From Escherichia phage moskry, in the sequence record MN850651.1: a stretch of DNA of 64,000 nucleotides; one strand, written 5' to 3'. Below the pieces are notes generated by a model. That model made no database searches. It was not told where the DNA came from and saw only the letters and a program-made list of their open reading frames with translations. Positions 28,296-38,151 of this stretch are shown here, in pieces. The position numbers and the translations under genes are program-made. The stretch's first letter is position 1, and the number at the start of each line of letters is the position of its first letter.

Positions 28296-29255
28296 TTATG
28301 ATTTTAATGCATTCATTGCGTTAAAAAGTTTAGAATACTGCAACTGGAGATTCGTTACAACACTTTGAGCATCACGAAGTTTAGCTTGTGCTTTGTCAAG
28401 TTCAACAGACAGTTGGTCCATAGTGGCCTTGATTTGATTATAATGGTAATCTTCGGCCGGAAGAAGGTCATTAGAAACATTTAGTTTTACTGCAGACAGT
28501 TTGCACACATTTGGCAAACCTTTAAACATTGATTTACCCGAAGTAGAATAAGCACTTAGGACTTCGGCCTGTTCAATTGGGGTCCCAGTAAGCGATGCTT
28601 CAAACGTTGCATTTTCCTTTTTAAGATTTTGATAATATTCGGAGTCTTTGTGCCACCATGGCGCAGGAACCTTTTTACCAATAGATACACGAGCCTGGAT
28701 AGCGATATGGCCCTTATTCTTGATAGGGTTGATAATATTAAGCTCACGAGAATAAATTGCTTTAATCTGGTGAATATTATCACCTAAAACTTCCAACGCT
28801 TGGTGGAATACACGAGCAACGTTATCATTCTTAGGTTTATACGTAAGAGTGAACTCATTCTCACTGATAACCATGATTTCCAACTTATCGTAAGTATATT
28901 TCAAATGTTTCATGTTAATTGCTTGAGGATGAATACGAGAAGCAATGGCCATCAGATTGTTAAGGTTATTCCGGAACTGCTTAGCGAAATATTGTCCTTC
29001 ACCGCCAATACAAAAATTACGAAGTTTCTGTTTGGCTAATAAACGGCTGAACTCACCATTTTTAATGAACTCTTTAACGGGTGTGTTAGTAACGCATTCA
29101 AATTGAGTAAACTTACGAGAAGTAATCCCATAATATGAACAGACTTCCTCAATCTCTTCAGGAGTCTTTACAGGCATACGGATAGGATTAGGTCCTGGAG
29201 TATATGCGTTCGAGGTAAATTCTTTGATAAGTTCTTTACGTGTAATAAAAGCCAT
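28296..29255 (-). CDS. Hypothetical protein with C-terminal coiled coil
   Basis: 319 aa. Confidence 0.55.
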   Translation of the reverse strand: MAFITRKELIKEFTSNAYTPGPNPIRMPVKTPEEIEEVCSYYGITSRKFTQFECVTNTPVKEFIKNGEFSRLLAKQKLRNFCIGGEGQYFAKQFRNNLNNLMAIASRIHPQAINMKHLKYTYDKLEIMVISENEFTLTYKPKNDNVARVFHQALEVLGDNIHQIKAIYSRELNIINPIKNKGHIAIQARVSIGKKVPAPWWHKDSEYYQNLKKENATFEASLTGTPIEQAEVLSAYSTSGKSMFKGLPNVCKLSAVKLNVSNDLLPAEDYHYNQIKATMDQLSVELDKAQAKLRDAQSVVTNLQLQYSKLFNAMNALKS

Positions 29256-29280
29256 TTTATATTCCTCATGTTGAAAAATT

Positions 29281-29311
29281 TATTATACTCCAACCATCCT
29301 TGGTTGTACAT
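29281..29311 (-). promoter_or_regulatory. Early promoter / PeSL-like cassette (repeat copy)
   Basis: tattatactccaaccatccttggttgtaca repeats the 28261 element. Confidence 0.55.
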
Positions 29312-30306
29312 CATTCCTTAAGAAGTTTTACTACTTGAATAAGATTAGCTCGTTCTGTTTTATTTTTACCATTTAAGCCTGCTAATCGTGAGATTTCATC
29401 GTCAGTCTGTTGAATAGTTACATTAAGTTCGTTAATCAAAGCTTCAAAGTATTTGATTTGCTCAGCATGTTTTGATTCAAATTTCTGAACAGGAATAACG
29501 TCTTGGTTCAGTTCATCAATAAGGTCTTTAAGAGCATCTTCTTGGTTGATATCATATTCAACTTCTTTTATTTCTTCAACGAGCTCGTCTTTATATCTAA
29601 CGTCTTTTAGTCCTGGTGCTGGTCCTGAAATCTCTTCTTTAAGAGTACAAACATATCCAATACGGTATCCAATGCCGTCTCGCTTGATATCAACTTCGTC
29701 GATAAATCCACAATGTTTAAGACCAGAGCCGATTAGGTCAAAATATCCTTGACGTCGTCCTTCAAACGTTACACGAACTACTAAGACAGTTTTACCTGCA
29801 ACCTTTTGAAGCTCACATTTATAAAAGTCAGTTGAACCTGAATAACTTGGATGAGTTTTAAAGTTCATCTGACGATCTAGGCCCATTTGTAAGCGTGCTG
29901 TTACGGCCATAAAACGTGTTTGGTTCTCGTTAAGATGAGCAACAATCCATTTCAAAGGCATTTTACACTGTTCACGACCGAACAAATCAGTACGTCCTAG
30001 ATTACGCAGGATGTTGTTAGAGTTAATCATCGACAGAACGTTAAGTTTATTCAGCGCGCTGAAGATTCCATCAGCCATTGATTTTCCATAACCTTTACAC
30101 GCTTTAATAAGTGCTCGCGGCAGATTAGTATAGATTTCAGACGGCATATGAAAATCAAATTTACTAACCAGTAATTGATGAACTTGGATAGCAATTTGTT
30201 CATAATTAAGTGCTCTGCGATCGTTATGGTCTTTAAACCACACTTTAATCTGTGAAGCACATAAACCGTTAATTTCATGTTTTACCGCATCAGATGTAAT
30301 GCTCAT
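29311..30306 (-). CDS. Hypothetical protein with C-terminal coiled coil
   Basis: 331 aa. Confidence 0.55.
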   Translation of the reverse strand: MSITSDAVKHEINGLCASQIKVWFKDHNDRRALNYEQIAIQVHQLLVSKFDFHMPSEIYTNLPRALIKACKGYGKSMADGIFSALNKLNVLSMINSNNILRNLGRTDLFGREQCKMPLKWIVAHLNENQTRFMAVTARLQMGLDRQMNFKTHPSYSGSTDFYKCELQKVAGKTVLVVRVTFEGRRQGYFDLIGSGLKHCGFIDEVDIKRDGIGYRIGYVCTLKEEISGPAPGLKDVRYKDELVEEIKEVEYDINQEDALKDLIDELNQDVIPVQKFESKHAEQIKYFEALINELNVTIQQTDDEISRLAGLNGKNKTERANLIQVVKLLKE

Positions 30307-30368
30307 AACTATTTCCTCAGATTGAATTGGAACTCAAAACCATTATAACCCGTCCTTGGGTAAAGCGT

Positions 30369-30893
30369 TTATGCGTGAACCGTCTTTAAACGTTCTTCAA
30401 ATTTCCGAAGAAGTGCTTGGCGTTCTGCTCGTTGTTCCGTATAAGTTTTAATACGACCTGAAGTGAGGGCGTATTGTTCGTTTACCGATTCCTTCATAAA
30501 ATCAGGAATCTCACGACAAGCTTTTATTTCGTCGAACTTGTCAATAACTGCTTGTTGTTCTGCAATCAGATTGTTGTAGTATTCGATATCCGATTTAATG
30601 TTTTGGATATCAGACTCAGTAGGCATGTTACGTGCTTTACGTTTTGCCTGATACTCTGCGTTTGTAGCACGACTCCAGTGAAGAGTACGTTTTTTGTTAG
30701 TGTTTTTATAGACTTCCAAAATCCCAACTGAATCGATGATAACAATCCAGTTCCAACGGCTTTTGTAAATCTCTCCTCCAGAAACGGTAATCTCGTTACC
30801 GCATGCTACTTCATTAAAGAACTTGCTTTGTGCTTCAGATTTAAATTTACCGTCGTTATAATTTACCAGGTTGAAAATATCTTTAGCGTTCAT
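30369..30893 (-). CDS. Hypothetical protein
   Basis: 174 aa. Confidence 0.5.
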   Translation of the reverse strand: MNAKDIFNLVNYNDGKFKSEAQSKFFNEVACGNEITVSGGEIYKSRWNWIVIIDSVGILEVYKNTNKKRTLHWSRATNAEYQAKRKARNMPTESDIQNIKSDIEYYNNLIAEQQAVIDKFDEIKACREIPDFMKESVNEQYALTSGRIKTYTEQRAERQALLRKFEERLKTVHA

Positions 30894-30951
30894 GTTTTAC
30901 CTCCAGTAGTTGATAGGTCTATAATAACATAACTATAGACCTTGTAAACAA

Positions 30952-31239
30952 CTAAAAGAAACTTTTTTCGGTATTTTTTCCACTGAACCAAACCGACTTC
31001 GGGATTTTTTGTAATTTTTCAGATTTAAGTTTCTCTTCCAGTTCTTTCTTATATACACCCTTGTCGTACTGGAGCATCTCTATGGCATTCTTTTGCAAAC
31101 GATCTAAGGTAATTAAGGCTTTAGTTTTTCCTTTCAAGGAAGAGTCCTGGCGAACCTCCTCGCTATATTGCATCGTAGAACTAACCATACGATGAGCATA
31201 CAGTTCGACTGCGGCTTTAATTTTTTGCATAAAATCCAT
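30952..31239 (-). CDS. Hypothetical protein
   Basis: 95 aa. Confidence 0.45.
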   Translation of the reverse strand: MDFMQKIKAAVELYAHRMVSSTMQYSEEVRQDSSLKGKTKALITLDRLQKNAIEMLQYDKGVYKKELEEKLKSEKLQKIPKSVWFSGKNTEKSFF

Positions 31240-31377
31240 AACATATCCTCTTTGATTTGTACATCATTATTTTTAAATATTTCTATGCCCTCAGTAGGTT
31301 CCTGGTGTCCTTCTTTGAGGTAAGCCATATGATTATTCATCTTTATGGCTTTTGTTACCTCAGAACTTCCTATAAGC

Positions 31378-32379
31378 TTATTTCAGTAAAGTTACTTCAG
31401 AGATTTCCTCCCAACCATCTTTATCAGTTGAAATAAAATCTGCTACATAAAGAGCCGTACGTAATGATACATTGCGAAGACGAGATACGTTAGCCTTCAT
31501 CCAGGACAATGCTTTATACGTTTCTGCATCAGTCAGACCACGTTTCTGCATCATGTCAGTAGATAATATTACATCTTCAACTCGAACCATAATCTCTTCA
31601 TTAGAGTGTACTCCAAGGTCGAGATACACTGAACGAGATACTAAAGCTTGAAGGTGTGGAGCAAGTTTCGAACCGCGTTCTAACTCTTTATCGATATCAA
31701 CGTTTGTAATGAAAACGATAGTACCTTCAAACTCAAATTCTTTATCAATACCCTTATCATCGAGATAAGATGACGCAGTGCTCCAACAAACTTTGCGTTT
31801 ATCTCCGGTATCTAATGCTGCTTTAAGAAGATTCAAGATGTCCATATCTGAGAATACGTCAACGTCATCGATTAAGAGAACGCTGTCTGCATCACGGTTG
31901 AGCCAAAGTTGTTCGTAAAGGCCAATACCAGAGATTTTACCATTAATGCTTTTGTATTTGATGAAACCATTATCATTAGCATTATTAAGTGCTTTATCCA
32001 GAGAATACGTCTTACCAATACCGGCTGCACCTGAAATAATGAGTGAACGAATTTTGCCATCGATAATGCCATTCGTCATCATGTTCATTACTTTAAAGCG
32101 TTTGTTGATACGAGTTTTCATATCTTCAGTGCTTTCAACAACTGCAACTGGTGATGTCTCAACTCTTTCCATTACGATGTCTGATTTGAAGACCCATACT
32201 CCACGTTCAGAACCATCAATCATAACGAAAATTTTACCGTCACCTAAGTGGGAACATTCAGGATTAAGCTTTGCTGGGAACCAGGTCTTTGTGGCAACAT
32301 AAGAACCAGAGATTTCGTTATTACGATAGATACCTTTTTTGATTTGAACGTTGAACATTTTATTCTCCAATTTACTCAT
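31378..32379 (-). CDS. AAA+ / P-loop ATPase domain protein
   Basis: 333 aa; Walker A ISGAAGIGKTYS, Walker B LLIDDVD. Confidence 0.6.
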   Translation of the reverse strand: MSKLENKMFNVQIKKGIYRNNEISGSYVATKTWFPAKLNPECSHLGDGKIFVMIDGSERGVWVFKSDIVMERVETSPVAVVESTEDMKTRINKRFKVMNMMTNGIIDGKIRSLIISGAAGIGKTYSLDKALNNANDNGFIKYKSINGKISGIGLYEQLWLNRDADSVLLIDDVDVFSDMDILNLLKAALDTGDKRKVCWSTASSYLDDKGIDKEFEFEGTIVFITNVDIDKELERGSKLAPHLQALVSRSVYLDLGVHSNEEIMVRVEDVILSTDMMQKRGLTDAETYKALSWMKANVSRLRNVSLRTALYVADFISTDKDGWEEISEVTLLK

Positions 32380-32454
32380 TTCGTTTCGATAGGTCTATAA
32401 TAACATATCCTAAAAGCATGTACACTACTTTTTAAAAATATTTTAACCCCCTAA

Positions 32455-32470
32455 AGGGACCCGAAGGTCC
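32455..32470 (-). other. UUCG-tetraloop hairpin
   Basis: Plus gggacc-cgaa-ggtccc; follows the 93-aa gene on the minus strand. Confidence 0.5.
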
Positions 32471-32476
32471 CCACAT

Positions 32477-32758
32477 TTACTTATCACACTTAGCAACATA
32501 ATTAGGCATATCACAGAATACGGAGCGAGTAACTACTCGACCCTTTGACCATGCTTCAGTTGCTTGTCCGGCCGTGCTATTAATATAGCTTGATTTAATG
32601 TTCTCAATACCCTGAGAATGTGATGCATTTACCGAACCATTGGAAGGCCCAGAAGACTGGCTACCACCAGCTCCTGCACTACCGCTGGCTGCACCCGTGG
32701 TAGCACCAACAGAGAATGCCATCATTACTGCGAATAAACCAATTACTAATTTTTTCAT
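32477..32758 (-). CDS. Small secreted Gly/Ser-rich protein with signal peptide
   Basis: 93 aa; MKKLVIGLFAVMMAFSVGA signal-like N-terminus. Confidence 0.5.
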   Translation of the reverse strand: MKKLVIGLFAVMMAFSVGATTGAASGSAGAGGSQSSGPSNGSVNASHSQGIENIKSSYINSTAGQATEAWSKGRVVTRSVFCDMPNYVAKCDK

Positions 32759-32789
32759 ATTTACCTCAAGTTAATGGTTATTTATCTAT

Positions 32790-33779
32790 TTATTTATAGT
32801 AAGAATTATGATTTTCGAGATAGACTTGCTCAAGGAAATCATCCCAGAAACTCATATCTACTTTTTGTTGCATACCATTCTTGGCAGCTCGTTCTGATGC
32901 TTGTTCAACTTGGTCAACGATATCTTCTAGGAATTCTTGTACAGTTTTAAACGTATGTTTACCAAGCTTAACATCGAGAATAAATGGAGCATCCTGAAGT
33001 GGGTAAACCAGGTCGCCGGTTTTGTAAATTTCTAATAGTTGAAGTCCACCACGACATGCATGACTCAATGCTTTCCAGTCAATACCTTCGTTGGCTTCTG
33101 CCTTACGAGCACGTTCACCATAGTTCTCTTCCAGTTTAACCAGGATGGCATTGAACTCTTTATTGGTTAACGTGTCTTGGAACTTACGGTCTAACAGATT
33201 ATAGAATGTTTGCTTACCTGTTTTCTCGTTTTCGGTTTCAACCCACGAAGCAAATTCACCTACAGGCAGAACATTCTTCATATGTGATAAACGAATTACT
33301 GCACCATTATCAAAGTATTGTCCCCATTCATTAGAACGTTTAAGGGCTTGACGAAGAACAGCCAGTCGAGAACCCTTGACACCGTATTTAGAAGCTTGCT
33401 TACGGACATACCCTAAATAAGATTTCATGTTAGTGGTATAGAAACGAGACCTGTTATCTTGAATATACTTCCATACATCAGGCAAATCAGATTTAACTAC
33501 TAGACTTTGTGGAGTGTGAAGCATATCTAATGCGACGGTTTCACCATCCGTAGCTAGTTTAAAGAAATATTTGAGACTATACAACTCATGGTCCACGTCG
33601 TCTTTTGTGTTCTTAGAAGATGTGTTATTCGTGTTCTTGCTCATATGTTCTTTAACGTTACCGGTCAAGATATCACGAGCATGAGGGACATAAATTTCTT
33701 TAAAATCAACGTCAGATTCTGGGGTAGACGTTCCATAAAGGTGGCTACCAAAGTAGCCTTTCATAATTGTTTTCATCAT
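32790..33779 (-). CDS. Pol-beta-superfamily nucleotidyltransferase-fold protein (minimal NTase), unknown substrate
   Basis: 329 aa; N-terminal GYFGSHLYGTSTPESDVDF fits the hG[GS]x(9-13)Dh[DE]h signature. Confidence 0.5.
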   Translation of the reverse strand: MMKTIMKGYFGSHLYGTSTPESDVDFKEIYVPHARDILTGNVKEHMSKNTNNTSSKNTKDDVDHELYSLKYFFKLATDGETVALDMLHTPQSLVVKSDLPDVWKYIQDNRSRFYTTNMKSYLGYVRKQASKYGVKGSRLAVLRQALKRSNEWGQYFDNGAVIRLSHMKNVLPVGEFASWVETENEKTGKQTFYNLLDRKFQDTLTNKEFNAILVKLEENYGERARKAEANEGIDWKALSHACRGGLQLLEIYKTGDLVYPLQDAPFILDVKLGKHTFKTVQEFLEDIVDQVEQASERAAKNGMQQKVDMSFWDDFLEQVYLENHNSYYK

Positions 33780-34249
33780 TTAGCCTTATATTCAAGAGTA
33801 GGACAGACTTTTTCTTTACGAGCTTTAAGGTATTCGCCTATTAATGATTTCTTACGTTCAATAGGCTCAAGTCCATTTTTAATTCGTTCTTGGTTTTGTG
33901 CAATGAACTCAATTTCTTTATAATATTTTCTGTCGTTATATTTGTCTAACAACCAAGACGGACCAATTACCAACCCGGTAGCAATAAAAGCCATGACTGC
34001 TACCATTAAAATGCCTACACCGATTGAAGCCGGAACTAATGACCATAGACTGCTAAAAACAAAGAATTTAGTTAAAATTTCCTGGCCAATGATTGTGACT
34101 GCGGCTAAAATCGCAAATCCAATAATTGAAACAGCCAATACCGGGATTAACGTTTTCCAAAAATAAGCACACAACGTTTTCGGACGATTCCATGTACTAT
34201 TGAACGCGGCATAAAGTTTAAAGTGCCAAGAGTTTTCATTGATAATCAT
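33776..34249 (-). CDS. Integral membrane protein
   Basis: 157 aa, 3 predicted TM helices. Confidence 0.5.
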   Translation of the reverse strand: MIINENSWHFKLYAAFNSTWNRPKTLCAYFWKTLIPVLAVSIIGFAILAAVTIIGQEILTKFFVFSSLWSLVPASIGVGILMVAVMAFIATGLVIGPSWLLDKYNDRKYYKEIEFIAQNQERIKNGLEPIERKKSLIGEYLKARKEKVCPTLEYKAK

Positions 34250-34258
34250 AATAATTCC

Positions 34259-34792
34259 TTATTTCAAAGTTGGGATAATAGAATCGAGATAAGCTTTAAG
34301 AGCAACTGCCTCATCTTTGTCTAATGTAATGATATGTTGACGAAGGTCATCAATTTGGCGAATAACTACGACATCACCATCTTCATAAGAAGGATTAACG
34401 CCTAGGACTGTTGTATAGTCAGGGCGGTCCTGATTTGTAATAAAAGCATTACGGCATTTAGCCCATTGAAGTTTGGCCTTTTTGGCTGTTTCAGATTCCA
34501 TTAATTCTTTCACCTTAGTGACAAATGTTTTCCAATTATTGATAGAAAAACATTCGTCTTCAGTTTCGATATTGGCTGCGTTGTAAAGACCAGGATAAAA
34601 ACGAACTTGGAGGTCTTCACCAATGTTAATTACCTCTCGACGACGTCCAGACGGATTGAGTTTCAAAATCTTGTCCAGTTCCATAGGAAGAATAGTAGCA
34701 GCATCATCTTCTTGTGTCAGAACATACACATAACCACGTTTTTCGATACATAAATCACCAAACAACTCGGTTGTTTCAATTACAGTTTTCAT
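34259..34792 (-). CDS. Hypothetical protein
   Basis: 177 aa from ATG (track start 34804 is TTG). Confidence 0.5.
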   Translation of the reverse strand: MKTVIETTELFGDLCIEKRGYVYVLTQEDDAATILPMELDKILKLNPSGRRREVINIGEDLQVRFYPGLYNAANIETEDECFSINNWKTFVTKVKELMESETAKKAKLQWAKCRNAFITNQDRPDYTTVLGVNPSYEDGDVVVIRQIDDLRQHIITLDKDEAVALKAYLDSIIPTLK

Positions 34793-35137
34793 ATTATTCA
34801 CCAATTAAAGTTTCAACAAAATTCACCAAATCATTCAGACAAGCATCAACCTGTTTTTCATAAAAGTCTTCGTTATCATTTACTGCGTGATAAGCTACAT
34901 CATTCAAATCCGAATCGGCTTCACGTAAGTCATGGATAAGGTCCATCAATTTATTAGCTTGTTCACGGGTCATTTTACCATACTCGTTTCAATAAGATTC
35001 ACTATGCCGTTTACCATGTTATAAGTAAACATCGGATAATTGTATTGTACTACAACATAAGCGATAAGCAAAAGTTTCATTTTGTTCTCCGTTTGTTTTG
35101 ATAGGACTACTATAACATAGTCCTACCAAGATGTAAA

Positions 35138-35368
35138 CTACCGATTGTGTTTTAAATGTTGATAAAGTTCTTCAACTTGTTTAGGGTCCAAAACAATTAG
35201 GTCATTTTCTTGACGAAGATAAATCCATCCCTTATCCCCAGGTCCATTTTTACAAAACATCACCACCATATCATCTTCAGCGCTTTCAGGTAAAAGTTCA
35301 AGTACACCGTCTTCAGATTTTCCAGTATAATCGTAAAGCATAATATCCTCACATAATCTCGTTAACAT
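35138..35368 (-). CDS. Hypothetical protein
   Basis: 76 aa. Confidence 0.45.
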   Translation of the reverse strand: MLTRLCEDIMLYDYTGKSEDGVLELLPESAEDDMVVMFCKNGPGDKGWIYLRQENDLIVLDPKQVEELYQHLKHNR

Positions 35369-35597
35369 ACATTTGCAATTCGGTGTGGGCGTCAGCCATC
35401 TTTTTCATAGCTCTGTTAATGTCGATGTCTCCATCTTCGCAACCATGAGCATTTTCCCAATCAGATACCGCATTAGCGTACTCTTCAATCAAAAACATTA
35501 ACTTAGAAATTTTTTCTTTACGTGACATAACGTTCTCCTCTAGTAAGTAAGGTTTACTATAACACAACCTGAGGAGAAGTAAACTGATAGATGCCAA
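35349..35597 (-). CDS. Hypothetical protein
   Basis: 82 aa. Confidence 0.45.
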   Translation of the reverse strand: MASISLLLLRLCYSKPYLLEENVMSRKEKISKLMFLIEEYANAVSDWENAHGCEDGDIDINRAMKKMADAHTELQMYVNEIM

Positions 35598-35622
35598 AAA
35601 GCCCCAACCATAAGGAAGGGGC
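35596..35622 (-). terminator. Rho-independent terminator after rI
   Basis: Minus strand GCCCCUUCC-UUAU-GGUUGGGGC followed by UUUUUGG. Confidence 0.65.
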
Positions 35623-35629
35623 TAGTAAA

Positions 35630-35932
35630 TTAGATAGATGTAGGCTCTAATTTTATTTTCATGAACTCGGCAAATTGTCTGGCAGTTTTTATGCCTTGTT
35701 CATGACATTCAAATGCATCATCACAGGGGCTATTTTTGTAATGCTTTGCCATATACTTATAGAATTTTTCAGAATTCTCGACATTTTGAATTTCAAACAA
35801 AGTATATACGTTTTTAATCCCTGATTCCATAAAGTTATCAAAATATGGGTCAACATATGCAGTGCCAACAATAGGAGTTGTTGCTGCAAAAAACCCCAGC
35901 ATCGCCATGACAGCTATCGCTCTTAAGGCCAT
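35630..35932 (-). CDS. rI: Lysis inhibition regulator rI (periplasmic, signal anchor)
   Basis: 100 aa; MALRAIAVMAMLGFF...VDPYFDNFMESGIKNVYTLFE...CDDAFECHEQG resembles T4 RI. Confidence 0.85.
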   Translation of the reverse strand: MALRAIAVMAMLGFFAATTPIVGTAYVDPYFDNFMESGIKNVYTLFEIQNVENSEKFYKYMAKHYKNSPCDDAFECHEQGIKTARQFAEFMKIKLEPTSI

Positions 35933-35944
35933 ATAGGCCTCCTG

Positions 35945-36157
35945 TTAATTTTGGCCAGTATTTATTTTTCGCCTTTGGACGGCCTTAACATCTGTGAGGT
36001 ATTTTTCCAGCTTGCGCTTGCGTGTATAATCAGCTTTAGAACCAGTTTGACGGATATCCTCGTTTAAATGAGAAATAGAATGTCCTAATTCTCTTCGGAT
36101 TTCATCCAATTGGGTTACAGTAAGATTACGAAGTTGTCTTTCGTTTAATTGCTGCAT
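35945..36157 (-). CDS. Hypothetical protein
   Basis: 70 aa; TATAAATA late-promoter-like motif upstream. Confidence 0.5.
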   Translation of the reverse strand: MQQLNERQLRNLTVTQLDEIRRELGHSISHLNEDIRQTGSKADYTRKRKLEKYLTDVKAVQRRKINTGQN

Positions 36158-36184
36158 ATATACCTCTTGGTTAGATATTAGTAT

Positions 36185-36766
36185 TTATAACAACCCTGTC
36201 AAATCATTCCAATGCTTCCGGCATAATGACACATATCTATCGGTATCACCAATTTCAATTTGACTGCCATCTGTAATTGGAAGTCCGTCTTCCGTGACTC
36301 TAGCTACCATTGTGGCCTTTTTACCACAATGACAGACACCTTTAAGTTCAACAAGCTTATCAGCAATAGCCATTAATGCTTGAGAACCTTCAAATAGATT
36401 ACCTTTAAAATCTGTTCGTAGTCCATATGCCATTACCGGCACATTGTATACGTCAACAATACGACTAAGTTGATACACCTTTTCAGTAGTTAAGAACTGA
36501 GCTTCGTCAACAAATACACAGTGAATATCCTTTTGTGCTGCAGCCCATTTATAGAATTCAAAGATATCCATGTCTTTTGTAATTATATTGGCGTCCTGAC
36601 GAATACCAATACGAGAGACTATTTCACCTTTTGAATCGCGAGTATCAATAGCCGGTTTAAGAACTAATACACCCATGCCACGTTCTTTATAGTTATGTGC
36701 GGCAGTAAGTAATGAAGCAGACTTACCAGCGTTCATAGCGGCATATGTAAAAATTAAACTAGCCAT
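36185..36766 (-). CDS. tk: Thymidine kinase
   Basis: 193 aa; MASLIFTYAAMNAGKSASLL...VCHCGKKA matches T4 Tk. Confidence 0.95.
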   Translation of the reverse strand: MASLIFTYAAMNAGKSASLLTAAHNYKERGMGVLVLKPAIDTRDSKGEIVSRIGIRQDANIITKDMDIFEFYKWAAAQKDIHCVFVDEAQFLTTEKVYQLSRIVDVYNVPVMAYGLRTDFKGNLFEGSQALMAIADKLVELKGVCHCGKKATMVARVTEDGLPITDGSQIEIGDTDRYVSLCRKHWNDLTGLL

Positions 36767-36956
36767 AAGAGTCCTTAGTTAAATTTTCTAAATATGTTTC
36801 CAAATCATTTTCAGCTTTATCGATAGATTTTACTAATTCGTAATATGTTTCGGCATCTCCATAATCAGAAGATAATTCAAAAGACAAATCCTTTTCTAAA
36901 CTAATAATTTCACCAACTAAAAATAATATTTCGTTCTTTTGTTCGCGAGTAATCAT
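36759..36956 (-). CDS. Hypothetical protein
   Basis: 65 aa. Confidence 0.45.
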   Translation of the reverse strand: MITREQKNEILFLVGEIISLEKDLSFELSSDYGDAETYYELVKSIDKAENDLETYLENLTKDSYG

Positions 36957-37159
36957 AAGGAATTTATATAATCAATGAGTTCTTGTTCTTTATTATCGAA
37001 TTCTTTAGAAAGTTCTTCGTACTCGTTTGCGCTAAAAGGACCGCATTCATTACAAACTTTTTCCAATTCGCTATTTTTATCCATAACTTCGTGGATAAGA
37101 GAAAAGAGTCTGTCTTTTTGTTCTTTACTTAAACTCATAACCATGTCACCTTTAAGCAA
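36953..37159 (-). CDS. Hypothetical protein
   Basis: 68 aa. Confidence 0.45.
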   Translation of the reverse strand: MLKGDMVMSLSKEQKDRLFSLIHEVMDKNSELEKVCNECGPFSANEYEELSKEFDNKEQELIDYINSL

Positions 37160-37362
37160 TATTCTTCTACATGTTGTTTACGGCCTTTCTTATCAATAAA
37201 GGTATATTCAACGAATGTTCCGATGTAGTCTTTATCTACATCATGTGGACTATTAATTGGACATTTAGTACGACAAATGCGTTCCCATTGACGAATAATT
37301 ACTGCCTTATTCTTTGGATCGTATGGATGTGGATAATGTATATTCATAATAACGGTTCCCAA
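37135..37362 (-). CDS. Hypothetical protein
   Basis: 75 aa. Confidence 0.45.
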   Translation of the reverse strand: MGTVIMNIHYPHPYDPKNKAVIIRQWERICRTKCPINSPHDVDKDYIGTFVEYTFIDKKGRKQHVEEYCLKVTWL

Positions 37363-37841
37363 TCAACAATCACAATTTCTAGTTTAGTAGAATACGTATC
37401 TAAAATCTCTTCGATGACATCCCAGTTTCCACCACCAATACCTGCGCCAATTCTTGGCATATAAATTACAGGCTTTGTTATCTTATTCTTTCCGAATTCA
37501 TTTAATTCTATTATACAATTCATTAAAGCAGAGTACTCAAAATTAGGTCCAGGCTCAAACTGCGTATAAAGATTAAAGCAATAAGCTTTATGGGTCTTAA
37601 AATATTTTTCATAAACCGAATAAGACCCGAGTTTAGACTCGTCTCCATATGCAGTTTGAAGTTTATCGGCTTCCAGAATTTTTGGATAAGCCTTTGCTAA
37701 TTGTCCTGCCACACCGGCGCCCATTGTATGAAAACAATTACACCCATGAGCAATATTATTACCTTTAGAAAACAGGGCGACAATATCGCCCTTGATATAG
37801 TTTTTAATCACTTGCTGCAAGTCCTCTATTATAAGAGTCAA
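37344..37841 (-). CDS. Macro-domain-like protein (putative ADP-ribose binding/processing)
   Basis: 165 aa; GNNIAHGCNCFHTMGAGVAGQLAKAYP resembles the NxxN...GxGVAxx macrodomain motif. Confidence 0.45.
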   Translation of the reverse strand: MTLIIEDLQQVIKNYIKGDIVALFSKGNNIAHGCNCFHTMGAGVAGQLAKAYPKILEADKLQTAYGDESKLGSYSVYEKYFKTHKAYCFNLYTQFEPGPNFEYSALMNCIIELNEFGKNKITKPVIYMPRIGAGIGGGNWDVIEEILDTYSTKLEIVIVDWEPLL

Positions 37842-38151
37842 CTAGACGGTCTACCATAGAATTGCATGCTGCCTTATCTTTAGGTTCCGCCACCGAGCAT
37901 TCTAATATTTGCCATTTTTTATAGTATCTTTTAATTAAGGTAGACGCCTTGAACCTACTAGACGCCCCATCTTTTTCTCCGTCTTTATACGCATATAACA
38001 ATTTTTGTGAAAAATCTACTTTACACTCTTGACTTTTACCACAATAATCAGACGCCGTTCTGTTTGTATACTCCGTTACATCAGTATATGTAGTATTAGC
38101 AAGAGCGTTAAATGAAACCAAGCCAACTATTAAAGCCAACATTTTGGTCAT
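37804..38151 (-). CDS. Secreted protein with signal peptide (vs-position)
   Basis: 115 aa; MTKMLALIVGLVSFNALA. Confidence 0.5.
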   Translation of the reverse strand: MTKMLALIVGLVSFNALANTTYTDVTEYTNRTASDYCGKSQECKVDFSQKLLYAYKDGEKDGASSRFKASTLIKRYYKKWQILECSVAEPKDKAACNSMVDRLVDSYNRGLAASD

